A stretch of 53,372 nt of DNA from a virus (IMGVR_UViG_3300010160_000059:1-53372); one strand, 5' to 3'; counted from the stretch's first letter, positions 8,560 to 17,749 are shown. Numbers and translations are program-made. The notes: generated by a model not told the origin, from the letters alone.

Positions 8560-10266
8560 TTATGTCCATCTAGTGGTGTGTATTTCCATAGACGCAGTTC
8601 CAACGGCGGTATTTGGAGGGATATATCGAACTGATATTACGATCTTTCCAGCAGATCCGAAATAACCTACTTTCCAAGTTAACTCATGGGCATCTCCTAT
8701 GTTATATGTATAATCATCTGTAATAGATCCATTCTGAAGATTTATTTTACATTCTCCCATTCTGTCAACAAAAAATTTTGGTGTTTTATAAGTTGGACTA
8801 GTTATATCGTTATCATAGTCTCCATAAAATAAATTATATTTTAAAAGTATTTGTTGTCCACCGTTGGAGGTAGGATATACAAGAATACTTTGATAATCTT
8901 CAGTCCCACCGACTCCTCGAACCCTAACAAACTCGTCCATGAATACTGATCTGCCTTCTACTAAAGGATAGTACCTGCCCCCACTACCTAGAGTATCCAT
9001 TTGATATTCTTGTCTATCAAAATAATCATTAATACTACTATTTCCTTCGGTAAAAAATTTTATAATAGATGTATAAGGTGTGAGTTCCCCTCCCCCATAA
9101 TTGCCAACATCATAAAATTTATTTTGTGTACTAATATGATGAGATCCAGCAGACTCTGGACTAAATCCACAATATATTGCCTGTTCTCCTATACTTTTAA
9201 ATAAATTGTCTTTTATTGTTCCCCAGCATGGTCCAACATTACCTTTTATATCATCATTAAAAGAAATTCCCCTTACAGAGTTTTGAAATAATGATTGTTG
9301 AATTGTTATGTATTTTACATCATAATCTGAATAAATTCCGTGATATAATCCTGTAAACTGACAATTATCAATTAAAAGATTTTCAGTAGTTAGATAATCA
9401 AGGCCGCCGGATGACGCAGTTCCTCTCAAATTAATTCCTATGTGAGTTGATGTAGTAGTTAGTGTACTGTTGGCATTAGAATTTCCCACAAATCCTACAT
9501 TTCTAATTACGGTATTTTGTGAACAATCTAAATTTAAAAGACTAAGAGTTCTCAGTTTATCAGTAGTTGTACTATATTGAATAGTCATTCCTTCTATATG
9601 TATATTACTAGGTCGTCCAACTCCCGAATCTATTGAAGGAAATAAATTATTGTTTGAATCTTTAGTTTGAAATGCACTAATATCATTAGATGTTAAATTT
9701 ATAATAGTCTTGCCAATTCCCTCTCCAACTAATGTTGTATATTTAGGAATATATATAGTAGTATCTATGTTATAAATACCAGCAGGTAGATGTAATACTT
9801 TAGCTGAATGTTTCCCATAATTGCCACCGTTTGTTTGTAGTGGTTCTAAAAATAAATTATTAATAGCCAATTGAAAACTGGCGGCTACATCTTCATTTGA
9901 TCCTTTGTCGCCATAAACACCAAAATCTTTAATACTTACTGTGTCATCTTCTTTGTCACGAATTGATCGTATAAAACCTGTTGGATATAAATCTGTTGCT
10001 GTTATGTGTTTACCATCTTGGACACCAATAGAATTTCCTCTGTATTCGTATGAAGTATCTGCGGTACTGATAATATTAAATAGGTCATTTTCTGTTAAGA
10101 TTCTGACATTGGCATCTCTAGCACCACCGTCGTCTTTACGTAGACCTATATACAGATGTTCTGTGTCAGCCGCCCAGCCAAATTCGCCCCCTGCTAATGT
10201 TGGTACGCCTGTTTGATTTTCTTGCCCTCTTCGAACTTGAATCCTTGAAATTTCCACTACAGCCAT
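8560..10266 (-). CDS. Virion tail/baseplate protein with pectate-lyase-like beta-helix
   Basis: N-terminal ISRIQVRRG...LAGGEFGWAAD anchor motif; VSIKDFGVYGD, LHLPAGIY and LVGEG pectate_lyase_3-type motifs; late promoter and GGGGA SD. Confidence 0.8.
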   Translation of the reverse strand: MAVVEISRIQVRRGQENQTGVPTLAGGEFGWAADTEHLYIGLRKDDGGARDANVRILTENDLFNIISTADTSYEYRGNSIGVQDGKHITATDLYPTGFIRSIRDKEDDTVSIKDFGVYGDKGSNEDVAASFQLAINNLFLEPLQTNGGNYGKHSAKVLHLPAGIYNIDTTIYIPKYTTLVGEGIGKTIINLTSNDISAFQTKDSNNNLFPSIDSGVGRPSNIHIEGMTIQYSTTTDKLRTLSLLNLDCSQNTVIRNVGFVGNSNANSTLTTTSTHIGINLRGTASSGGLDYLTTENLLIDNCQFTGLYHGIYSDYDVKYITIQQSLFQNSVRGISFNDDIKGNVGPCWGTIKDNLFKSIGEQAIYCGFSPESAGSHHISTQNKFYDVGNYGGGELTPYTSIIKFFTEGNSSINDYFDRQEYQMDTLGSGGRYYPLVEGRSVFMDEFVRVRGVGGTEDYQSILVYPTSNGGQQILLKYNLFYGDYDNDITSPTYKTPKFFVDRMGECKINLQNGSITDDYTYNIGDAHELTWKVGYFGSAGKIVISVRYIPPNTAVGTASMEIHTTRWT

Positions 10267-10304
10267 AATAATATCCCCTATATAGGATATTTATCATAAC
10301 TGGA

Positions 10305-11006
10305 TTACTTAATTAGAGCGTAATACTCTTCAACTTTGGTTAACCAAGCATCTTGCCATTTATTAAAATCTTCTGATTTAAGATCAAATTGTTGGTATTG
10401 TAAATCTCTACTGCACATGAAAATGTGTCCTTCTCTAATGTCAGTACCGTAAACTTCATTATGTGCTAATATATAGGCCATAAGTTGAATGTAATAGTCG
10501 TCTACCCATTCTGCTTTCTTAGGCTTATTAGTTTGTTTGTGATCAGCAATACACGGATTACCTTGATAAACACCAATCAAGTCAGTAGTACCGCTGTATA
10601 ATCCGGGAAAGTACAGACTTTGTTCCATAGCCCAAACTTCACTCATTTTACTAAGACCGTTTTCAATAATGATGTCAGCCATTTTATTAGCCTGTACATG
10701 TACTGGATTACTGCCTGGTTGACGTTGTTCTCCAATTAAGAAACGTTCCAAATTGGCATGCATTGCTGTACCAACTCCTGCTGCCTCTGTGGTAATTTGT
10801 TGTGCCTTATCGTGTCCAATACGATTACGCCATGCATTAAGATGAGTTTGATCTTTAGTAGCGCCTAAGATGGTAGTTACACTAGGTAGTTTTTCACCAT
10901 CCGGTGTTCGATAAACTCTTTTGCGAGTTACTGGATCATTAATCTGTACGCAATTTTTGTATTGGAAACGTTCAACGAACGCAGGGGGAGTATAGGTTGT
11001 TGTCAT
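10305..11006 (-). CDS. PD-(D/E)XK exonuclease (phage/MGME1-like)
   Basis: LPSVTTIL, GTAMH, YSGTTD, IADHKQ and QLMAY motifs. Confidence 0.88.
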   Translation of the reverse strand: MTTTYTPPAFVERFQYKNCVQINDPVTRKRVYRTPDGEKLPSVTTILGATKDQTHLNAWRNRIGHDKAQQITTEAAGVGTAMHANLERFLIGEQRQPGSNPVHVQANKMADIIIENGLSKMSEVWAMEQSLYFPGLYSGTTDLIGVYQGNPCIADHKQTNKPKKAEWVDDYYIQLMAYILAHNEVYGTDIREGHIFMCSRDLQYQQFDLKSEDFNKWQDAWLTKVEEYYALIK

Positions 11007-11015
11007 ATAATGTTA

Positions 11016-11044
11016 ATTATAACACTACGTGACTAGTATAGCAA
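11016..11044 (-). promoter_or_regulatory. sigma70-type promoter for the exonuclease gene
   Basis: TTGCTA-17 bp-TATAAT with extended -10 TGn. Confidence 0.6.
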
Positions 11045-11386
11045 CTATTTGGTTATTGTTTTGGCGTTTTTAGATGCCATTGCATCTACTGCCGGAGTCG
11101 CGCCGCCTGCTTTTGCTGCTTGATCTTTATTTGGATTTTCTGCTTTAGTTTTAAGTAATACTGTACCGTCATCTAATACATCAGAAATAACATCACCTGC
11201 TGGATCAACTGCATTTTTAAGTGCTATCAAACCATCAGGTGTGCTTATACCCAATCCATAGGGTTTTAAAATATTCATCACTACTGGAAAAGGTAAAGAA
11301 GAAGGTTGATCGGCCCTATTAGCCTGTCCTTGTAATACGGCTAGAACATCTCTAGCCGATCCTAGATCAACTTCAAATAATCTCAT
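11045..11386 (-). CDS. Hypothetical virion-associated protein
   Basis: MRLFEV N-terminus; abuts the core-like gene. Confidence 0.75.
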   Translation of the reverse strand: MRLFEVDLGSARDVLAVLQGQANRADQPSSLPFPVVMNILKPYGLGISTPDGLIALKNAVDPAGDVISDVLDDGTVLLKTKAENPNKDQAAKAGGATPAVDAMASKNAKTITK

Positions 11387-12733
11387 TTACTTTGCCAATG
11401 AGGCCATAATGTCATGCGATTCTTTAAGTTTTTTAACGAACTTACTTTCACGCATTTCACGTCCAGTTGTTCCCATACCTGCTGCTGCATCTGCTGCACC
11501 AAATTCATCCCCACCTGGTTCTGGATTCATTGCATCAGGTGCACCAATATCCATTCCTGGTTCTGGAGGCATTTCTGGTTCCATTCCCATTGCTGCATCT
11601 GGCGTAGCTTCACCTGCTAATGCTGCCACAGCACCACTCACTGCTTCACGTTGTTGAGTTAGTGTCTCGAGTGTAGCGGATAGTGCGGGGCCAACTGCTG
11701 CCTTGAATGCTTCTGCTTCTTGTGCTCCAAAGTCTGCTTTGATAGCATCGGCTAGTTCAATCATTGTTTTAGTTTGATATTGGCCAACACGTTGCATCCA
11801 ACTTGTAAAGTCATTGACCATATCACCTGCTGCGGTAATGGCCTTAGCCTTACCTTCTTCGTCTTCTTGTAATAGATAGCCTAAACTTTCATTAACAAAT
11901 TGAACATTGTGTTTAAAGGTACTAAAAGCCTCTTTAACTTTCTTTTTAGCAAAAGGATTCACACCTTTCTTTGGACCTGCTTTTTTATCAGCAACTGCTT
12001 TCTTCATTGGCTCTTTCTTATTGCCATCTTTGTCCATGTCTAAGAAGTCGGGTTTCTTGCCGGCTTCACCGAGTGGCTTTTTGTCTTTTTTAGCAGGCAT
12101 TGTTTTTGCTGGACGACGTGCATCTTCTGGTGGCTTCTTATAATCAGATTGATTACCGTATGAGCTACCTTTAACTGTTCTACTTGGCAAGTCAGCCATT
12201 TTAACTTCTTTCATACCATGCACTGGACAATTTTCTTCACCTTTAGTAGAGCAGCAACATTTTTTGCTCATTGCTTCTTTGAATGGTTTTCCAGCCTTTG
12301 CAGCGGCTTTCATACGGCTACCCATAACTTCGTCTTTGCCTGTTTCAACTTTGCCGTCGCCGTCATAGTCTTTGTTAGCCATAGGGCTCTTGGCTTTCTT
12401 AGTATGTTTAACATCACGAACACCTTTTTTGGCTTCGCTTAGTTGATCCATTTTGTCACGTAGTTTTTTGATGTCTTCGCCTAGCATTTCTTTAATCCTT
12501 GTATTAAGCAAGTCCAACATGGCCTTGTCTTTTTGATATGTTTCGTTGGTTAGCAAATCATTAATACCTGCTGAACCCTCTTGTTGGAAAACGCGGGTGC
12601 GTAATTTGTTACGCATATCTTCTAATTGTTCTCTAGAATAATTTTCTAACTTAACTCGTACACCAAACATCTTGTTCATGTTTTCGTTTAGTTTTTTGCT
12701 TGTTAGCGGAGCTGTAAAATCAGTTGTTTTCAT
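11387..12733 (-). CDS. Putative prohead core/scaffold-like protein
   Basis: Helical, Lys/Glu-rich; many (L/V/F/M)xE sites; two DxDxDG motifs; late promoter. Function inferred. Confidence 0.6.
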   Translation of the reverse strand: MKTTDFTAPLTSKKLNENMNKMFGVRVKLENYSREQLEDMRNKLRTRVFQQEGSAGINDLLTNETYQKDKAMLDLLNTRIKEMLGEDIKKLRDKMDQLSEAKKGVRDVKHTKKAKSPMANKDYDGDGKVETGKDEVMGSRMKAAAKAGKPFKEAMSKKCCCSTKGEENCPVHGMKEVKMADLPSRTVKGSSYGNQSDYKKPPEDARRPAKTMPAKKDKKPLGEAGKKPDFLDMDKDGNKKEPMKKAVADKKAGPKKGVNPFAKKKVKEAFSTFKHNVQFVNESLGYLLQEDEEGKAKAITAAGDMVNDFTSWMQRVGQYQTKTMIELADAIKADFGAQEAEAFKAAVGPALSATLETLTQQREAVSGAVAALAGEATPDAAMGMEPEMPPEPGMDIGAPDAMNPEPGGDEFGAADAAAGMGTTGREMRESKFVKKLKESHDIMASLAK

Positions 12734-12763
12734 AATTAATCCCAGAAAGATCGATAGTATTAT

Positions 12764-13234
12764 TTAGTTAAATCGAATAAGTTTATTAAAACTTCTCATA
12801 ACAGTTTTCATATATTCTTCTTTCTTTTCTTTGGAAATTCTAGATTTAACCGTCATGATATCCATACGATCTAATGATTTTGATGCTAAGTTTTTCTCTA
12901 CTAGTTTATTATGTAGTTCCTCATCAAACAATGCATAACCGTATTTTGTATCGGTTTCAAGCAGATCATCATTTACAAATTTGCCCAATGCTAGTCTATT
13001 GGCTAGCACAGCCGCAGTTTGTGGAAGATTTATATTATCTATAATTATATCTTTTTCAAAATCTAATATACAATAAAATCCGTTTTTTTTGCGTTTAATG
13101 TAATAACGTCCTACACTAATAGTGCCATCGTTATTTTTTACAGGAATTATTACTCCTTGTTGAAGCAATTTTTCTTTTGAATTTTTACTTAGTTCTTCTA
13201 TTTTTGAATAGAGGTCATTTGGTCGTAGTTTCAT
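12764..13234 (-). CDS. Hypothetical protein (156 aa)
   Basis: ORF in the late gene block. Confidence 0.75.
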   Translation of the reverse strand: MKLRPNDLYSKIEELSKNSKEKLLQQGVIIPVKNNDGTISVGRYYIKRKKNGFYCILDFEKDIIIDNINLPQTAAVLANRLALGKFVNDDLLETDTKYGYALFDEELHNKLVEKNLASKSLDRMDIMTVKSRISKEKKEEYMKTVMRSFNKLIRFN

Positions 13235-13427
13235 CTAGTTGTTTTATTAAAGTTGTACTATCATTACTTATTGCGTAGAGTCCCTTGCGAACAAGGTTTT
13301 GAGCAAGCCATTGATCGTGCTCATCTAAACTAGTAATAGATATATTATCTTTATGTCTACGGAGGAAAGATTGTTCTTCATTGGTGAGAACAATATGCAT
13401 CCCTGATAACAACTGACCTATTTTCAT
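13215..13427 (-). CDS. Small hypothetical protein (70 aa; LTNEE...AQNLVRKG, winged-helix-like)
   Basis: ATGA overlap with the upstream gene. Confidence 0.7.
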   Translation of the reverse strand: MKIGQLLSGMHIVLTNEEQSFLRRHKDNISITSLDEHDQWLAQNLVRKGLYAISNDSTTLIKQLDETTTK

Positions 13428-13738
13428 ACTGTCGGTGGTTGCTGCATCTGCTGCTGCATCTGTTGTTGTTTTTGTTTTAGACCCACAATCTGTGCAGCAA
13501 TCTTATCAAGGTCTGTCATTGTATCTTTCATACCTTGTTGCATTGCGGGAGGTTGTCCTATTGGTTGTCCTGCTGGCTGTTGATTGCCTAATGTTGGAGC
13601 AGGTTGCCCTGCTTTTGGAGGTTGTCCGGGGGGAGGTGTTTGTCCGGGGGGAGTTGATTTTGGTAATCCATCTGGACTAACCGGATCGGTTGTAGATCCT
13701 ATAGGCGCTACGGCTTCGACTAATTCTGATATACGCAT
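13424..13738 (-). CDS. Pro/Gln-rich putative internal head protein
   Basis: MRISELVEA N-terminus followed by low-complexity P/Q sequence. Confidence 0.7.
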   Translation of the reverse strand: MRISELVEAVAPIGSTTDPVSPDGLPKSTPPGQTPPPGQPPKAGQPAPTLGNQQPAGQPIGQPPAMQQGMKDTMTDLDKIAAQIVGLKQKQQQMQQQMQQPPTV

Positions 13739-13739
13739 A

Positions 13740-14060
13740 TTATTTTAACAAACTAATTAATGTTTCGCTATGTGCTGTAACCCAACCTAATGCTGCTATA
13801 GCACCTGCACTAATATATACCCATTTTGTTTTAAATTGTTCAAGGTCTTTAATCTTTCCCGCCATATCACTATGTTGATCAATATTTGCTGTATGCATTA
13901 CAGCAAGTTGATCCATGATACTGTCACGAGTACGATCTAGGCAATCATGCATATCTTTGACATCTGTTTTGAGATTGTCAATCTTTTCTTCAATGTTATC
14001 TACTTTTGTTTCTAGTACGCTAACACGTTCTGGAACGGTTGCCAGTGCTGCTCGAGCCAT
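13740..14060 (-). CDS. Coiled-coil protein with C-terminal transmembrane helix (XhlA/holin-like)
   Basis: ERVSVLETKVDNIEEKID heptads, then hydrophobic WVYISAGAIAALGWV; AGGAGA SD. Confidence 0.7.
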   Translation of the reverse strand: MARAALATVPERVSVLETKVDNIEEKIDNLKTDVKDMHDCLDRTRDSIMDQLAVMHTANIDQHSDMAGKIKDLEQFKTKWVYISAGAIAALGWVTAHSETLISLLK

Positions 14061-14103
14061 TTAAGTCATCTCCTTTAAGGTGTACGAATTTCCGACTAGT
14101 TGC

Positions 14104-14529
14104 CTAAATTGTGCCTTTGATTGCCTTAATGACTGTATTCTTGGAAGACGCATCTATTAGTTCGAAAATGGCCTTCTCGATATTTATCGTTTCAGTTAAC
14201 TTTTTAATAATTGGAACACCCTGCATATCTTCGTACAAACATCCTAGTTCATGTAGACCATCTGAGTACACATCGGATCTGTCTGGATTAAATCTAAATG
14301 TCCATACGGCATGTTTGCCTTTGAACTTAGTTCCAAACCCTAAATCTTTAATATCAATAACTTGCATCTCCGGAGCAAAGTCATAAGATATAATTGATCT
14401 AATTTCAATACATTGTTTTAATGTAACAAAATTTCTATACTGGTCATGTTCTAATGTGGTACCTTGATTAGGTCTTGCAACCTTTGTATCAGTGATATCT
14501 ATTAAAGTTTTAATTTCTATTGTTTGCAT
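14104..14529 (-). CDS. Conserved hypothetical late protein (TLIDIT motif)
   Basis: Likely start MQTIE at 14529, after TAAATA and the terminator. Confidence 0.75.
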   Translation of the reverse strand: MQTIEIKTLIDITDTKVARPNQGTTLEHDQYRNFVTLKQCIEIRSIISYDFAPEMQVIDIKDLGFGTKFKGKHAVWTFRFNPDRSDVYSDGLHELGCLYEDMQGVPIIKKLTETINIEKAIFELIDASSKNTVIKAIKGTI

Positions 14530-14556
14530 AATATACCTATATAATATATTTATGTC

Positions 14557-14586
14557 AAAGAAAAAGGGAGTTAAAAAACTCCCTTT
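14557..14586 (-). terminator. Intrinsic terminator
   Basis: 10-bp stem AAAGGGAGTT/AACTCCCTTT with T-rich tail on the minus strand. Confidence 0.8.
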
Positions 14587-14605
14587 CATTTTCTAATAGT
14601 TTAGA

Positions 14606-15034
14606 TTAGAATGTTGTGCCGTTAACACCAAGTGCTGTAGTTACAGTACCAAGGTCAAAACCTTGCCATGTACCTTGAGCGCGGATTAAACGCTTAACGT
14701 AATCAATGAATGACTCGCTGTTTGTACCATCCCACTTGATTGTTCCAGCAAATGCGCCGCCTGGTGCTGAAAGAGCAATTGCAAGAATTGTGTTACCAGA
14801 ACTACCTAAATTGTATTGTGGTGTACCAATTAGTTCAATTGTTGCTACTTGAGTAACTGCTTCCAATGCTACTGCGATTGGGCTGCGTGATGCATTTGGG
14901 TAAGTTGTTGTATCGGTATCTAACATTGCTGTCAAGTCGCTGCTTGGGAAAGTAATAGTAAGAAACTGTAAAGTTACGCCGTTCTTGTAAAACGGTGCTA
15001 CTACCGTTTCATTCTTTTTTGTTAATGTTGCCAT
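14606..15034 (-). CDS. Probable abundant virion structural protein (142 aa)
   Basis: Own late promoter (15090-15095), strong SD CAGGAGA, own terminator and highly biased codons. Confidence 0.7.
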   Translation of the reverse strand: MATLTKKNETVVAPFYKNGVTLQFLTITFPSSDLTAMLDTDTTTYPNASRSPIAVALEAVTQVATIELIGTPQYNLGSSGNTILAIALSAPGGAFAGTIKWDGTNSESFIDYVKRLIRAQGTWQGFDLGTVTTALGVNGTTF

Positions 15035-15128
15035 TTTAAATATCTCCTGATCTTGTTTTTAAGTTTCCCCATGAAACTTAGTATGTTTTTATTTATCTCG
15101 ATTGAAAGAAATTAATCCAAATGCCCTA

Positions 15129-15428
15129 TTAATCGTCGTTTTTGACATCACCTTCTATGATTTTAAGGTGTCTAGCAGTTTCTTTGTTATCACGTAGTTT
15201 GCGTATACCACGAGTAAACTTGTTAGGATCAGATGCTTTGATGCTATTAAGCAGTCTACGTTCTAACTCATAAGCATCCTCTGGGGAGAAATTTTCTTTG
15301 ATAAGTGCTAGTAGATTGATAGCACTGTCAATGACATGTGTAGCCCTTGCTTCTATAATGGCTTCACTATTCTTCTTTTCCGATATGGAATTGAGTTCTT
15401 CTAACAGACTACGGGTTGCTCGTTTCAA
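15129..15428 (-). CDS. Conserved hypothetical phage protein (TTG start)
   Basis: AAGGA SD; TAAATA and a TGnTATAAT upstream; helical 99 aa. Confidence 0.75.
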   Translation of the reverse strand: MKRATRSLLEELNSISEKKNSEAIIEARATHVIDSAINLLALIKENFSPEDAYELERRLLNSIKASDPNKFTRGIRKLRDNKETARHLKIIEGDVKNDD

Positions 15429-15489
15429 GATAGTATCCTTGTTGTGGTATTTAGTAGATTATAGCATATAACTTTGGAGAAATAAAGAC

Positions 15490-15527
15490 TTGTAAATTGT
15501 GCGGTCGCAGCATACAATGTATAAATA
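15490..15527 (+). promoter_or_regulatory. sigma70 promoter with palindromic operator in the spacer, followed by a late promoter
   Basis: TTGTAA (15490-95), 17 bp, TACAAT (15513-18); the spacer contains TGCG-GT-CGCA (15500-09); TATAAATA at 15520-27. Confidence 0.65.
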
Positions 15528-15590
15528 CTTTACTCAGTAGAAACCATGAGAGACTACTGAGAATATGTTATATACAAAGGAAAATAAAAT

Positions 15591-15764
15591 ATGTTAAACA
15601 CAATCACTGAATACTTCCAAAAGATGTTTCAGAATTTCAGTAAGCCACAAACTTACAGTTCCGCATTAGAAGAATACATTGTTAGACACGCACCCACAGA
15701 TTCTTGTGATGTAGATCGTCTAACCCGTCAATTTGAAATAAATCAATCACGTAGGGGATGGTAA
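15591..15764 (+). CDS. Small protein (57 aa), DUF3563-like
   Basis: Missed by the ORF track; AAAGGAAA SD; LEEYIVRHAPTDSCDVDRLTRQFE resembles the E.YL..s.D..DlErr.R pattern of DUF3563 (from recall). Confidence 0.7.
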   Translation: MLNTITEYFQKMFQNFSKPQTYSSALEEYIVRHAPTDSCDVDRLTRQFEINQSRRGW

Positions 15765-15766
15765 TC

Positions 15767-15901
15767 ATGTATATGCTAAAAGCAATCTATAATTTTTTAG
15801 GCGAGATGGGTAAGGCCCATGCTGCTTCAAATTTAGCACGTAGCGGAGATTATAAGGGCGCAAAACGTCTTATGATGGAAGATTTTAAAGGCTGGATTTA
15901 A
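15767..15901 (+). CDS. Small amphipathic protein (44 aa, MYMLKAIYNFLGEMGKAHAASNLARSGDYKGAKRLMM...)
   Basis: Missed by the ORF track; SD AGGGGA; starts 2 nt after the upstream stop. Confidence 0.7.
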   Translation: MYMLKAIYNFLGEMGKAHAASNLARSGDYKGAKRLMMEDFKGWI

Positions 15902-15975
15902 TTGCTCATTAAATTTGCAATATAAATAATAATGCAGTACAATTACTGCTACACATTAACACACAGGAGATAAAA

Positions 15976-16257
15976 ATGTTTAATAAAATGTTCGCACCAT
16001 ACCTAACGCTTGAAGCACACATCGAAGCGTTCCAAGAAACTAAACGAGGCCTAACAGACAAGATCATCACTGATCCTACGCTGAATAAGGCTGCACACGA
16101 TTATATCGATGCTCAGACTGAATTTGCTAAAATGCTAGCACACAACTTTACTGACATCGCAAAATATTCCATGGATGCCATTTCTGATAAATGGTTTCCT
16201 AAGAATGAAGAAGTAGTTGAGGCTAAGACTACACGTAGCAAGACGGCTACCGCCTAA
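15976..16257 (+). CDS. Helical amphipathic protein, phasin-like (tentative)
   Basis: Strong SD CAGGAGA; all-alpha amphipathic pattern, about 90 aa, basic tail. The phasin call is inference. Confidence 0.6.
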   Translation: MFNKMFAPYLTLEAHIEAFQETKRGLTDKIITDPTLNKAAHDYIDAQTEFAKMLAHNFTDIAKYSMDAISDKWFPKNEEVVEAKTTRSKTATA

Positions 16258-16282
16258 GACATACACACACAAGGAGAAAATT

Positions 16283-16549
16283 ATGTCAACATTGAAAGCA
16301 CCTGAAGTAAAATTCAACAAGAACGGTTATGAAATCCGTACAGATATTTTAGACATGGCCAAAGGACTAGTCAGTGAGGAATATCACTCTAAGTTCCGCG
16401 GCTGGGAAATGTCAGTTGCCAAGGACGAAAAGACTGGCCAAGTGGTTACCCGGATAGACATGCCAGAATTTCCAGGACTTGACAAAGTATTAGAAACAGC
16501 AGAAAAGATGTATTCATTTGTTAATGCTGGTAGTGTTTCAAAGAAATAA
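16283..16549 (+). CDS. Conserved T4-like phage protein (NKNGYEIRTDILDMAK...AEKMYSFV)
   Basis: True start likely ATG 16283, after AAGGAGA. Confidence 0.8.
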   Translation: MSTLKAPEVKFNKNGYEIRTDILDMAKGLVSEEYHSKFRGWEMSVAKDEKTGQVVTRIDMPEFPGLDKVLETAEKMYSFVNAGSVSKK

Positions 16550-16580
16550 TATAAAAAAAATATATAGGACGTAGTCCAGA

Positions 16581-16611
16581 AGCCCCGGCATTAGATCGGG
16601 GCTTTTTTTTT
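16581..16611 (+). terminator. Intrinsic terminator closing the plus-strand island
   Basis: AGCCCCG...CGGGGCT stem followed by a T9 tract, at a convergent junction. Confidence 0.88.
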
Positions 16612-17341
16612 ACCAAGACATTTGTTTATGATATTTCCATTTAACTATTTTCCAACCAAAGAAGTCAGATAGTCCACCTGTACCGTCAATTTTAAGAGTG
16701 CTCATTAAATTAACATAATATTCTCTATGTGATATTTTACAAAGATATAATTTATTATGTCCCATAGCAAATGGAACTAGTGATGGGTTCATACTGTTAT
16801 ATTTTACCCAACCCTCAAGCACGCCGGTCCACCAGTGATTCATTATATCATCTAATATAACTACACCTTCATTACTTATAACGCTATTAGCAAGTACTAG
16901 ATCATTCATTACATGGATAGGAGTATGTCCGCCATCAATTGAAAAGAATTTAATTGATCCCGGTTGAATAATTTTAGTTAATTGTAAACTAGAGTCTGTA
17001 CTATCACCCTGTATAATAAGAGTATTACGGCCATTATGTCTATCAAGATTTTCTAAATTTTTTCTAAAAGCATCTAGTTGACCTGCACCTGATTTATCTA
17101 CATTAAGATGTTGATTGTTGAATATATCAATAGCATACGATTTAAAATTTTCATCTACTGTTTGATTTAACAATAAAAATAATTTGCCATCTTGTATACC
17201 AATTTCAGCAATGCCGCCCCTTTGGTTTACTGGTTGTGTAGAAAGTATGTCAAGTGTGTTAAAAATATCATCATAACACCATCCGTGGACTGTTTCAAAA
17301 TGAGGGTAATATTGTTCTAGATAGGGATTATTAAAGGCCAT
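16610..17341 (-). CDS. Class I SAM-dependent methyltransferase (Methyltransf_24-like)
   Basis: AEIGIQDGK, YAIDIF, IQGDS, FSIDGGH and GVVILDD motifs. Confidence 0.88.
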   Translation of the reverse strand: MAFNNPYLEQYYPHFETVHGWCYDDIFNTLDILSTQPVNQRGGIAEIGIQDGKLFLLLNQTVDENFKSYAIDIFNNQHLNVDKSGAGQLDAFRKNLENLDRHNGRNTLIIQGDSTDSSLQLTKIIQPGSIKFFSIDGGHTPIHVMNDLVLANSVISNEGVVILDDIMNHWWTGVLEGWVKYNSMNPSLVPFAMGHNKLYLCKISHREYYVNLMSTLKIDGTGGLSDFFGWKIVKWKYHKQMSW

Positions 17342-17344
17342 TTT

Positions 17345-17749
17345 TTAAATTGGGTTACTTCGAAGAAATTCAGGATGCTGTTTATTGAAGTGACGCATAA
17401 TAACGCCAGCAATTTCGTGCGCTTGATTTTCTTCCGGGGATCCTGTTTCACCACTTTTATCATTTAATTCATTACTAATATCTTGTTTAAAGTGTACTAG
17501 TTCGTGAGCAACAGTTCTGAGTATATCTACAGGATGACGGTTAAGTATTGCAACATGTAAAGTTTTCTCATCATTAACATACATACCAAAACTAGGCTGT
17601 CCGCCCGAATCTATTTCAGATTCAAAGTTCATTTTAGGTAATCTGTTAATTTCTAAGATTTTCATAGCCAAGGGAAGAAACTTCTTGAACATATCAACGA
17701 ATGTTGCCTTGGATTCTCTACCTTCAACTAATAACTCAACAATTTGCAT
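17345..17749 (-). CDS. Zincin-type metallopeptidase, probable internal virion protein
   Basis: TVAHELVH (HExxH) plus distal ENQAH glutamate; MQIVELLVE N-terminus; late promoter. Confidence 0.8.
   Translation of the reverse strand: MQIVELLVEGRESKATFVDMFKKFLPLAMKILEINRLPKMNFESEIDSGGQPSFGMYVNDEKTLHVAILNRHPVDILRTVAHELVHFKQDISNELNDKSGETGSPEENQAHEIAGVIMRHFNKQHPEFLRSNPI

Noticed and set aside
10305-11006. Exonuclease as a Cas4 or CRISPR component
   Set aside because: Lacks the four-Cys Fe-S pattern and any array; it is an ordinary phage PD-(D/E)XK exonuclease.
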